Under the pieces are notes generated by a model, which did not search any database, was not told the DNA's origin, and was given only the letters and a program-made list of their open reading frames with translations. This document shows positions 50,381 through 61,815 of a DNA stretch of 64,000 nt, piece after piece (positions within the stretch are counted from its first letter, which is position 1; each line of letters starts with the position of its first letter). The stretch comes from Camelus ferus (taxonomy: Eukaryota). The translations under genes and the position numbers were made by a program. The stretch covers positions 53,136,001 through 53,200,000 of the forward strand of contig NC_045696.1 of NCBI RefSeq assembly GCF_009834535.1, given 5' to 3'.

Positions 50381-51289
50381 AATTCTTTTTTCTTTTTTTT
50401 TTTTCTGGGAGCCCTGCTTTATTATCTAAAACCAATTATTCTTCCATCTTGTCTGAGATGGTAGGAGCATGGGAGAATCTAGAAGCAGGGAAAGAGAGAA
50501 AAAAAAGATTTTTGTAATAATCTAAAGCATGAGATGAAGAGGAAGAAAGAGATATAAGAAACTGTTTAGAACAAATTAGTAGGCATAGTAATGAATTAGA
50601 TGAATAATTTTAAAAAAGAAAAAGAAAAGAAAAGCAACTGTACTGATGTAACTACGAGTGCAGGAGTAGAGATTTAGGAAGGAAAGGGCTGGGCAGGAGG
50701 TACTAGAAAGAGGTGAAGAAGATTCTTTCAATTCTGTGAAAATGTTCACAGCTAGTTTCTGCCTTTTATGATGGGGAAGGGAGAAAAATAAGCTACTTTG
50801 GAAATAGATCGTGTTCAGATGCAAAATGGGACAGAGAGAGGAACGCTTGTCCTTATGTAGCGTTTAGAACCATGACGGGAGAACAGATGGTTTGGTGGTT
50901 AAGATAAGCACTTTAAGTGAGGCTGTTCTTATCCTAAACTTATTCCAAACACCCAAGTTTCGTGAATCTGCTATATGACATTGGAAATATCACAATCAGG
51001 AAGACTTTAAATGAGATTTTCTGGCATTTCCTGAGGCAGTTGTATTCTCCAAAGACTGTTTTAATTAAGACTCAGGAGATGAATTCTCACTGCTGGTGGC
51101 TGTTGTGGTATGAGCCCACACCTTCACCAAACAGATAAATTCATGTAGGCAACTGAGCCAAAACACTTTAACATCAAGTCCCAAGGATTTATGGCTGTTT
51201 TCTTCACCAAGCCTATAAAGCTCAAGGAATCGTGCCTGAAAAAGTAAGGGCTAACCTTTCACAAAGTAAAGAAACGAAAGAAAGCATTT

Positions 51290-51415
51290 ATGTTATAGAA
51301 CACTGACTAGAAGCATATAATAAAATACATCTGGCCTCAATTCCAGCTCTTTTAACAATGGCTGACTTTAGGCAAGTTATTTAATCTTCTGACCTCTAGT
51401 TTTATGATTTGTTCA
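51290..51415 (+). mobile_element. MIR fragment
   Basis: agaacactgactagaag...ttccagctct...gactttaggcaagttatttaatcttctgacctctagtttt. Confidence 0.65.
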
Positions 51416-51574
51416 TAAGTATATGCATTCTTGTACTCGTTACTTCCAAATTAATTAAATGCCTACTATGTTCTGCACAGATATTAAGACAAGTCTGTGC
51501 TCCAAAGAGTTTATATCTAGTGGAAAGAAGAACATTGGATTATAGTTTTTTCTTTATTTGTTTTAAAACAATGT

Positions 51575-51778
51575 CATGTACAAAGTAGTACGTAAAACAT
51601 TTTACATAGTATATTGGTTAATTTATTTTGCACAAAAGCTTTATAAAGATATTAGTATCTTCAATTACAAATGAGAAAATTGAGGATTAAAAAGTTTAAG
51701 TAATTCACCTAGTTAATTATTGAAATCAAGTGTTTCTAATCCTGGTGCTTTTGTTCCTAACCTCTGTACCACACTACT
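51575..51778 (-). mobile_element. MIR SINE
   Basis: ttacaaatgagaaaattgaggattaaaaagtttaagtaattcacc...taacctctgtaccacact. Confidence 0.65.
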
Positions 51779-53404
51779 TACATCTGCTTAAGTGCTGGGT
51801 GGGGGATAAGAGAGGGCTGTGGGAACCCATCACAGACCATAACCCAAGGGGTAGTAATATTTAGTTCACAGGGTTTGGGAAAGGCTTTTATTCCCATTGT
51901 GGTTCAGGTGAAAGGATGGCACACTTTAAAACTGGGTACAAAATGTGTAGTCTTAAATTCTTTCAGCATGTGAAGATGCTACTGAACAATCTGACAATGC
52001 AAGAAAGAATAGGGGATATGGGTCATATGGTCCTGGTGCTCAGGAGTGGGAGGCAAGTGTAGGGAGTAGGGAGGGAGGAGGAAGAGGAGTGGGAATCTGT
52101 CCTTCTATGTAGTCATCTTCCAAGAGCAGTAGGGCCCATGAGATGTTGGAAAAGACAGAATTATAGACTGGATTTAGGAGAAAGAAGATGCAGGCTGATG
52201 ATGCAGTTCATCCCAGGAGGGAAAAACATGGATCAAATATCAACATATTACCTGTGGAGTGCAACGGAGCATAACAAACAGGCTTTATCTGGTAAACTTT
52301 GTCTTAGAAGGTGCAGAAAGAGTAGGTTTCTCCTAATTATTTGTTATCAGAACATATGCACAATTTTACAGTTTAACTTAAAAACAACTTAAAACAACCA
52401 CTGCATATCCTCCTTGCCACCACTGCATATCCCTTATCCTACCACATCCCCTACCTGCCAATGCTTTTGACATAAATTTGCCAAATTGCCTTCCTAATTT
52501 TTACAGCAATGAGGTCTTCTCTGTACCCAGAAGTAATGCGTGTAGTTCTCTGATAACCTCCCACAACCAGGCACTTCTTCGACGTGGGCTGCCTCCCTCC
52601 CGCTTCTGCTTTCATTTTTAATACCGTGTAATCAGTCTTCAGCTTTTTAACTTTATTCTGAGTGGGTTCAAATTGTGTATTGGTAACAGTTTATGCTTCT
52701 GCCCTTGAGCCCTAGTAGCAAAAGAACTGCATACATTTTAATGAAGTGTTTTGTCATTTTGTCCTGGCATTTGCATATATGCATGTGTGTATATGTGTAT
52801 GCATATATGTATATATACAATATGTATTATGTGTAATACACACACGCACACATGCACACACATACAAGATAGTTCTAAAAGGAACAAAGAACCAGAGGAA
52901 GAGGGGCAATGACTAGAGATGAAAGGAGTTGAGGTTGGAACAGAAGCTAAATGTGGGCAAATGCATAATAAAGGATAATTTATCAGTCATTGGCAAAGAG
53001 AATATTGAGGCTTAGGGACATTTTTGTCCTGCCAAGCATTAGAGGAGGCGGACAGTGTGAGACACCAATTTCTTATTCCCATCAGGTGTCGGGATTTGTT
53101 GTGTTATGGAGCAGCCGTTATGGATTCTCAGGCATCATAACTTCAGGAGTTTCAGGATTTGTTACCTATCAAACTGGAACCGAGGAATGAGATAAGGGAT
53201 TTGGGGGCCACATAGCTACAGCCACAATCCAACACCATGGATAGGAAACAACTCTGACAAGGGCAGGAGAAGCAATCACTCTGTAGTCAGAAGAGTATTA
53301 AATGGGATTCAGGAAGCATGGTTCCAGCCCTGACCCTGAGACTAAGAAAAAGGGAAACAACAAAAATAATCCAAACACTGTTTCTCAAAAACTAAAATTA
53401 CCTA

Positions 53405-53452
<48 letters not shown>
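53405..53452. repeat. (TG)n(TA)n microsatellite
   Basis: A short TG run followed by ~19 TA units. Confidence 0.95.
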
Positions 53453-53453
<1 letters not shown>

Positions 53454-53509
53454 GTACACATACACATATTCCTTCATTTTCTCTGAAAACTGACCTATAT
53501 AAAAATGTA

Positions 53510-53645
53510 ATTATCCCATTTATAAACAAGAAAATTGACTCAGCAAGTTAAATCACTGGCCCAAGTTAACAAATCTGATAAATTAATGGAGGCAGGTTTT
53601 GGACCAAGAACCTCAGGATGCCAAATGACGGCCCTCTGCACTCTC
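53510..53645 (-). mobile_element. MIR core fragment
   Basis: ttatcccatttataaacaagaaaattgactcagcaagttaaatcactggcccaagttaaca...ggcaggttttggacc. Confidence 0.7.
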
Positions 53646-53746
53646 CCACTTTACCTGGTAACTAATTAGGGAGTCACTCAGCCAATCCCTGGAGCCATTC
53701 TGAGCCTCCAGGGGTTTGCCTGTAAAATTAGATAGCTCATATACAT

Positions 53747-53983
53747 CAGTGGTTTCCAAATGTGCGTATGTATATATGTATGTATGTACGCATGTGTGTC
53801 TATGTGTGTGAGAGAGGCAGAACCTTCATGGTCACAAAATCTTACGAAGACCTTTGCTGTATGTAGTAGACACTGGCAGAGCTGTGCCAATTAAAGACCC
53901 TGCCCCCACCCCCACCCCCACTGTGACCCTGAAGAGATGTCAAGGAGCACACAACTTTGCAGAGAACAGTTTGAAAACCTCCG
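53747..53983 (+). mobile_element. MER117-like hAT-Charlie MITE
   Basis: Termini cagtggtttccaaa ... cagtttgaaaacctccg; internal gcagaacc...aaatcttacg...gcagagctg as in MER117. Confidence 0.7.
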
Positions 53984-54214
53984 TGTAACATGCTGTGAAC
54001 AACCGTGTGTGTGTGTAGGTGGGAGGTGGTAAACACACCGACATGACCTTTTTCTATTGCTCTTCCTCAAAAGACTTTTTGGTCACTGTTTCACAGTGTT
54101 GAAATTCATTCAAAAGATAATTTTGAAGCATCTACTAAGAGTGGAGTCTGAGAAGCCTGTCTCACCTCATCGGGCTCACCTCCATCCCTGGGAATTGGCA
54201 GCTGCTTCTCTTTC

Positions 54215-54388
54215 TGGAAGAATGAGCCATAAAGATGGAGCTGAACAAACCCCCGACCTGGGTTCTAGCTCCGGCTCCAACACGGAGCTGCGTGATTTCA
54301 GGAACCTCGTCACTCTCTGGACATAGTTCCTCATTTATAAAATGAGGGTGATCTCTAAGACCCCTTCCAGCTCTGACATTCTAGAATG
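54215..54388 (+). mobile_element. MIR3/MIRc SINE
   Basis: gacctgggttctagctccggctcc...agttcctcatttataaaatgagggtgatctctaagaccccttccagctctgacattcta. Confidence 0.85.
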
Positions 54389-54999
54389 TTATGGCTATTT
54401 TAAGACTTCAAAAAAACAATTAGATACTTTTTTTGATTTCCATAGTGCTACATCCTATGGGCTGACAGTCGCCTGCCATGGATGAAATTACTTTTTAATA
54501 ACTACTTATTTGGTGCTCATTTTAAATTTTTAAAGTATCCCCTTCCGGGCATAAACACATTTCTATATCTAGCTATTTAAATGTGAGGTAGGAAAAGGCT
54601 TAAACTCATAATTTTGCATTCTAATTTTGTAGGTTGGACTTTTGGTCTGGGTGTGGAATCTGTGTAATAAAAGCAATGCTTGAGAGCCGCGTGCTGTGAG
54701 TAGTGGGGCCTGGGGCCTGAGGAAAGGACGAGGAAGAGGAAGAAAGACAATGTGCCCCATTTAGAGAAGCCAGGGATGGGTTCTGGGAAGGAATTTAGCA
54801 TCTTCCTTACCTCAGCTGCTCTTTTTTCTCACCTTTCATCTCCTCACCCATTTTTGAGTAGACTTCTGTGGTTTTCCCAAAAAATCCTCTTTTCAAAATA
54901 CATAAACTGCACACAGGGTAAGATATCCTTTTTTAGTGTAACAGACACAATGCAATGCATGCAACCAAAAGGAAGTATTAACCTAGATTCATTTTAAAA

Positions 55000-55560
55000 T
55001 GTTTAACAGGGTAACAAATACTGAAGGGGTTGAAAGTAAAAGGTATTCCCACAATTTGATGACACTGTAAAATATACCACCATTTGGATAAGTAATTGAA
55101 ATTACAAAATCAGGATGAAATTCCTATTAATGCTAGCCAAGAAAGTATAAAAATAGTATTCATCTCTTCACCCAAATACTTATTAAGCACTTGGATTATA
55201 CCAAAAATTATTTAAATTTGTCAAAAAATAATTGAAATGTATCCATAGAAATAAAAAATTAGAACCAATATAAATGTCCAAATACAGGAGATCCATTGTA
55301 GCATATCAATTCATTCAAATATTATAAAGCCACTTAATGTTAAACTACGTAAACCATTTAACATTAAGATCTACACAGAACGTGAAAACTACTGAAGATG
55401 TTTAGGCTATCACATCAAATGGAAAAAACAAATTATAAAATGGTTTGCACACTATTATCTCAAACCATGTAAAATGTGTATTCCTATGGTGAGCAATTTG
55501 AAAGAAATATGAAAAAGTGAAAACTGAGTTTTTATTAAAGTAGTGATATTGTGCAAGATC
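55000..55560 (+). mobile_element. highly decayed L1ME-type 3' fragment
   Basis: A-rich block with ctgtaaaatataccaccatttgga, agaaccaatataaatgtccaaatacaggaga, attataaagccactt. Confidence 0.5.
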
Positions 55561-56721
55561 CTTTTAAAGATGGTATTGAATGATGATATTATAGTACCTT
55601 TGCCTAAAAATAAAAAGGGGCTGCATTCCCTAATGACACATTGTGTGACTGTGATAGTATTTAACTGCATGAGAGACTGCTTAAGGTCCACAGTGATTTC
55701 TAGTTCCACGATGTGGCCGCCCGAGGTCTGACCATTTGTGTGCATCAGCGTCACAGAAGATTGTGTAACCCTTTGGAAACTGCTGATATTTTCACAGCTC
55801 TAATTCTTTCTCTAGGGGAAGATCTGAAAGTGGCTCCTTTGCAGATTTCATAAATTTTCATTTTCAAACTTTCCCCCTCAGTCTCTTTCTAATGAACTTT
55901 CTTTAAAAAAAAAATCCTTCCTGAAGTTTCATCCTGTAGTCCTACCTGTGGGTGATTCCCCATATGAAGACGTCAAATTTAATTAGATTGTGCTCTCTGT
56001 TACTTAATGACTCAACTAGGCTTGCAAGTCCAAGATCATAACCTCCCTACCAGGCTGCCGAGTTAGCTATTTCAAGAAACAACTATTCATGTTATCCAAC
56101 CATAATTATTTTAAACCATGCCTAGAAAATAATAAAAACAGTAATGCTCACTTAATTAGATCCTTCACCTGAGGATACTCAAACATTTTACAAGATTTCT
56201 TCACTCAGTGTTAGGCATAACCCAGCCAAGAAACAGGTGAGCAATATTAAAACTAATACTTCTAAGGGCTTTAAAAAAAAAAAAAAAAGAGAGAGACATT
56301 CTTGATTCCTTCCTTTTCTTCTTCTGAGAATTTTCAACTCACTGGCAGATTCCAGTAAAATCTGACAAAAGGATACAGAATCCAGAAGTATATACACAAC
56401 AAGCATTTTTTTAAGGCAAACAGATAAAGAGGATATATTTTCCTGGGTCCAAAAGTGTTCTTTTTCTTCTGAAAATCTTCACAACCTGTTCACATTCTAG
56501 CTCTTCATTGATCATTCTGGTCTATAAAGTGCCTATAAACATGTAACCAGTGAAACAACACATGCAAAAATGTCAAGACTTCAGTAAAATCTTTGTCAAC
56601 TCTATAGGAGTCAAAAGGCACAAAGGAAAAGGCAACCTCTTATATCCTGCATGAGAGCCATGCTCCTTCAGTCCATCTGGCTTGAAACAACATTTGGGAG
56701 ATCATGTTGCTCTGTGACAGT

Positions 56722-56846
56722 GCTGTCAGCCCTAGAATGATCTTCCGAGTGACCCCCTGTCTGTTTTGCTCACCACTGTTTACCCAGCGTGGGTTTTGTT
56801 TATAGTAAGTGCTTAGTATAAATCCATACTTGTTAAATAAATGAAT
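56722..56846 (+). mobile_element. L2 3' terminus
   Basis: ctgtctgttttgctcaccactgtttacccagcg...atagtaagtgctta...acttgttaaataaatgaat. Confidence 0.7.
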
Positions 56847-56934
56847 CTACATTAATTTTGATTTATTGATTGGAAACAAATTTTCACAGCATGTAATTTA
56901 AATACTTTGCCCAATGAATGGACTTTGATAATAA

Positions 56935-57790
56935 TTTCAACAAACCAGCTGTAAAGAGTATTCTACAAAACATTTCGAGGAAATGTGAATATGGACCATA
57001 TAGAGGATACAGCAGTGGCCCCCAAAAGGTACGTCCGAGTCCTAATTTCCAGTACCAGTGAAGGTGATGTTTTATGGAAATAGGTTCTCTGCAGATGTAA
57101 TTAAGAAACTCAAGATGAGATCATCCTCAATTTAGGGTGGCCCCTAAATACAATGACTGATTTCCTTATCAGAGAAGACACTGATGGGAAAAGAAACCAC
57201 AGGGAGATACAGCTGAAAAGGCCCTTTGCTGACAGAGACAGGGATTGGACCTACACAGCCACAAGCCAAGGGATGCCTGGAGCTACCCAGAAGCTGGAAG
57301 AAGCAGAAAAGGATTTCCTCTAGAGCCTTCAGAGGAAGTGCATCCCTCCAACACTGTGACGTTAGACTTCTGGTCTCCAGAATTTGAGAGAATAAATTTT
57401 TATTGCTTTAAGTCACCTAGTTCATGATAATTTGTTGTGGCAGTCTTAGGAAACTAATAAAGGCCTTATAGTGGATGGTATTAAAGAATAAAGGAATTAC
57501 TGCTTTCTGTGTTAGGTGCAATGACGGTAGGCTTGAGGCTATGTAGAAGAATATGTTTTGAAATTAATAATAAATAATTGTCATTATTTAGAGGTGAAAT
57601 ATCATGATATCTTTAATTGACTTTAAGTACATCATCCTTTAATTACTTTAAGTACATATCATACTCTATACAAATAGAGATGATCTGATAAAATGAGAAC
57701 AATTATTGAAACTAGGAATTAAATATCTGGATATTTACTATATTATTCTATTATTTCCTGTGTACTTGAAAAAAAGTTAGATAAAATGCT
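56935..57790 (+). mobile_element. L1MC4/5-like 3' UTR, split by MLT1C
   Basis: aacaaaccagctgtaaaga...ggaaatgtgaatatggac, then after the LTR gatggtattaaagaat...ttaggtgcaatgacggta...ttagaggtgaaatatcatgatatct...caattattgaaactagg. Confidence 0.7.
56999..57461 (+). mobile_element. MLT1C-type MaLR solo LTR
   Basis: gtggcccccaaaaggtacgtccgagtcctaa...ggaaataggttctctgcagatgtaattaag...gatgagatcatcct...cacaagccaagggatgcctggagc...tagagccttcagagg...gagagaataaattt...ttaggaaactaata. Confidence 0.92.
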
Positions 57791-58587
57791 GAAAATAAAC
57801 ACTGCCCTAAGCTGTCTTATATTTTGATATTTGGTTCTTTAAAACAACAGTTTTCCAAATAGACACTCAATTTTACAAATCATCTCCCAGTGTTAAAAAG
57901 AAAAGCTCTAATCTCCATAATTTTTTCTTCTATGCTGTGTGACTGGCTTATTTAATCTTTCCACACTGTGCTCTATGCATCGAGCTGTCCAGCTGTCAAA
58001 ATCAAATTGAACACTCTTCATGGTACATCTTCAAATCATCCTTTTTCTCAGGTGAAAACTATTGATTTAACCAGTGAACAGTCAACAGGTTTCTCTCACA
58101 GTCTATCTCTAATTCTCCCAAACGTCATAAGCTTCTATACAAAACAGCGACCACGAATCTCCACACCCCCTTCTTCCATTCTCCTGATCATGAGGTGCCA
58201 GGCTGGTACTCATGCTTAGCGGTGAAGTCCCCTCCTCAAGATGATAGGCTGCCTCCTCACCTTCTGAAAATACCTGATTGTCTATCCTAGAGGGATGAGA
58301 TCAGTCTGACAAATTGCCATTTATTTTGCTTCTACTCGAAGGTGATCCCAAGCAAATGAAATTCTCTTTCTAGTATTCCTTGGTTCTCTTCCATACCATT
58401 GCTGATCTTTGCTAGAAGGATAGAGCAGTCCATTTGCTCTATTTTATCACCAGAGGCTGTTCTCTTAATTGTCTCTCAAAGACATCCTCTGGCCTACAGA
58501 AGGTTTCTTTTGATCACTGGGATATCACTTAAGGCCCCAGTAACACCACAGGCATGCCCTTGTCTAGTCAGTGATATCTCATACTGG

Positions 58588-58751
58588 CTTTTCTTTTTCT
58601 TTTCCTTTTCCTTTTCCTTTTCCTTTTCCTTTCCTTTCCTTTCCTTTCCTTTCCTTTCCTTTCCTTTCCTTTCCTTTCCTTTCCTTTCCTTTCCTTTCCT
58701 TTTCTTTTCTCTTTTCTTTTCTTTTCTTTTCTTTTCTTTTCTTTTCTTTTC
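58588..58751. repeat. compound polypyrimidine microsatellite (TTTTCC)n(TTTCC)n(TTTTC)n
   Basis: About 164 bp of pure C/T with stepwise changes of repeat unit. Confidence 0.97.
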
Positions 58752-60464
58752 AAGTACTGGTGATTCTTCATCCCTTTTTGGTTTATTTTCCTGCAGAATT
58801 AAACATTAGATGGCTTAATCCTTTGAAGGATTATTGTTCTCTCTTTTTTGGGGGGTAGTATAGACATGTCCCATGTGGGCTTTGTAAAGGATGGCTGACA
58901 TTATTATAATGAGAAGACTAGCTCTTCCAACCTCTCTTGCAGTGGATTCTGAAGAACCAGGCTCCATGAATTTCCCTTCCCACAGCACGTCACACACGCT
59001 ACCACTTAATTGTCTTTTGCAGCCCTTCCTTCTTTCTCCCTCCACTCTGTTACAAATTTAAGTCATGGATTTTTTTTCCCCCAGAAATATGTAACCGGTG
59101 CTTTACCCTGATGACTGCTACCTTCTACCCTATCACCAACGTATTAAAAGGGTCTTCCTTGAGAGTAAACCATGGGTTTGCCAATCTGCTCCAAGTACTT
59201 CTAAAACCAACCCCCTTCCTAGTGAGGCATCTAAATTATCACAGAGTCTCTTGTTTAGGATTCATGAGATGACTTTACCTTATGAACACTTTCCAGTAGA
59301 ACCCGTGCGTATGCTTGTAAATGACACCTATGTAGCTTCTATGTATGCACTGCTCTTCACTTTTCATCTTTTTGGTCTCAATTTCATCACTCTTTGGAGT
59401 ACTTTTACCTGATCACCCAATCTAAGAAATCTACCAGGCATATTTTCATTGGAGCACCAATTAAAATATACATTTATCCAGTATTTGCACATTAAAATTT
59501 ACTTCCCTTACTTGGCTACAAGCTCCATGTCCATTTTCTTCATCACCATAAACCTAGCACAGTACCAGATACTTATCAGATGGTTAAATGGAGTATAAAA
59601 TACATTCAAAGTCCGCCTTTACCCTGTTTGACTGATGTCTGATACATATTTTTAGGTCCAAGATTTTCTTCTAGAATAGGATTTTCCCTTCTCTCCTCCT
59701 CTATTCTTCTTTTTCCTCTCATATCTCTCTCTCCTCTAATTTCTCTTTTGATCATCTCACCCACTCTCCTTTCCTCTTTTCCTCTCTCTTCTCCACCCCT
59801 TTATTTATGAATTTCATGGGTGACAGCTCACATATGGGAGATATAGCCCCACTTAGTATCTATGAGGTAATGAACAACAAAAATGAGAGTTGATTCATAT
59901 TTTAAAGGGTCATAATTTTCAATCACATAATTTTGCCTAGCATCTCAACAGCTGTGATTTTAAAAGTCTTATCAAAATTCAGTCATACTGGTATTGGTTT
60001 AAAAGAGACTGAATATAAAGCATTCTAGATTCTACTAATTCATATTAATCATATATAATGTGCATCTATCTAAACACATTGATATATGTTTGTATATAGA
60101 AAGCACAAACTGTTTTTTTTTTTTAAGTAGTGTAAGCCAGGCCTAAAATGTAAAATATAGGACGTTCAAAATAAGTCAAGGCTGCCTTCAAAAGAGAAAA
60201 AAACATTATTTGTGTTGGTTTCTCTGGATTTATTTAGTTGTTTTCATTCCTCCTTATTGTATGTGAGCCATAGTTTTTCTTACACTCATCAAAACTCTTC
60301 TTGAAGAGGTTGCAGTGATTCAAGATATCCCTTCATAACGTCTGCTGGGATAGTATTTGATGATAAATCAATGTTGTCAAGGCTAAACAACATATTAATC
60401 ATTCTTAAAGGATATGCAAATGTGGAAGAGACACACTCAAATGTATAATTTCACCGTTAGCATC

Positions 60465-60713
60465 ACTAGAATAGTTATAACTTGGGCTCTGGAATCAGAC
60501 ACACCTAGGTTTGAGTTCAGGTTTCACCCTTACTAATCATGTCACTTTGGGCAAAGCATTCGACCCTCTGAGTCTCACTTATATGTAAAATAAGGACAAT
60601 AATAATATGTAGTTAATATACTGATTAAAACTATATGGGCCTGACAGTTGATCACTGTAATACAGAAGTTTGTATATGGAGTAAGTACGTAGTTAAATGA
60701 TAGCTACTACTAT
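60465..60713 (+). mobile_element. MIR SINE
   Basis: gggctctggaatcagacacacctaggtttgagttcaggtttcacccttacta...ttgggcaaagcatt...ctctgagtctca...tgtaaaataaggacaataata...taaatgatagctactactatt. Confidence 0.85.
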
Positions 60714-61781
60714 TCTGGTGATTTTCATCAGTATTGCTTCATTGTTGCGGCAGTGGTGGTGAGCACCTTCTTCTTGTTAAATGTGAAAAGAACACGGCCA
60801 AATAAGGGAAGCCAGTTCTAAGTGGTGTCATACGAAAAACATGCCAAGTAAAGCAAATGAGGGCACTCTAAGGAAACTAGCCTGGACCCTAAAAGGAGAT
60901 TAATATTAATCCTTCTTTACTCATGAAGGAAAATGGGGGCATTAGGGCAAGCAGATAGTCTATTCAATATCTCATCTAGAATTTCCTACAGGCTCTTTCA
61001 AATGATAATATGAGGAACCATTTGGATAAGATCAGCTCCAGCACGTTGCTCTAGGGATCAGTGAACACATCTGGAATAAAAAAGCAGTAAAAATGTTTGA
61101 CAAATTTAAATTCAAGTAAATGTCATGTTTCATAACAATCTGAACAAATTCAGCAATTAATTTTCTCTAAATTTGTTTTCATTGTTTGTTTGTAAGCTAG
61201 CTTTCTCATGGAAATTTCACAAACAGAAGATACCAAAATTTCTTTTGAAAGTATTCTCTTAGGGGGAATTATACTCTTATTCTACCAAATTAAGATATTC
61301 AGAGAAAAATGAACAGAAATATGTGCCTTTCTCTCATATCCTTAAATAAGAACACAAGATTCATTTACTTATTTAAGGAAAATAAAAGGAAATCTAGAAG
61401 AAATATAGAGGCATATATTCTCAGAGTAGCTACAGAAAAAAATCTAAATTCAGATCAATGTTAATACCACAGACCTAAAATTAGCTGGAAATTCCTGCTT
61501 ATTTTAAATTTTTATAGGCTAGACATAAAATTGCTATAAGGATATCACTGAATTACACTTCTGAATACCAATATCTACAGGCAATTGCCAATACACAAAG
61601 CACACATTTCAAAATTTCATTTATAACTCAGTTGTTTGGAACTGGCCACAAGCTTTTCCCATAGAAATACTTATAATATGTGGTTAAGTTTCTATATCAG
61701 GGCACGCATGCTACCTTTCCATGAAATTATTATAAAATATTTCTACCTATGGAAAGAAACTAATTAATATATACTCTTTCA

Positions 61782-61815
61782 ATAATAAAATGTAAAATAA
61801 TAAAATAAAATAAAA
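61782..61815. repeat. imperfect (AAAAT)n repeat
   Basis: aataataaaatgtaaaataataaaataaaataaaa. Confidence 0.6.

Noticed and set aside
52374..52445. Short direct duplications (aacttaaaaac x2; ccactgcatatcc x2), similarly at 2545-2568, 11991-12015 and 57611-57657
   Set aside because: Two- or three-copy slippage duplications with no repeat-spacer periodicity; not CRISPR-like or otherwise special.
58399..58858. Phe/Ser/Pro-rich and Lys/Arg/Glu-rich ORFs (136, 95 and 67 aa)
   Set aside because: These are translations of the (TTTCC)n microsatellite, which contains no stop codons.
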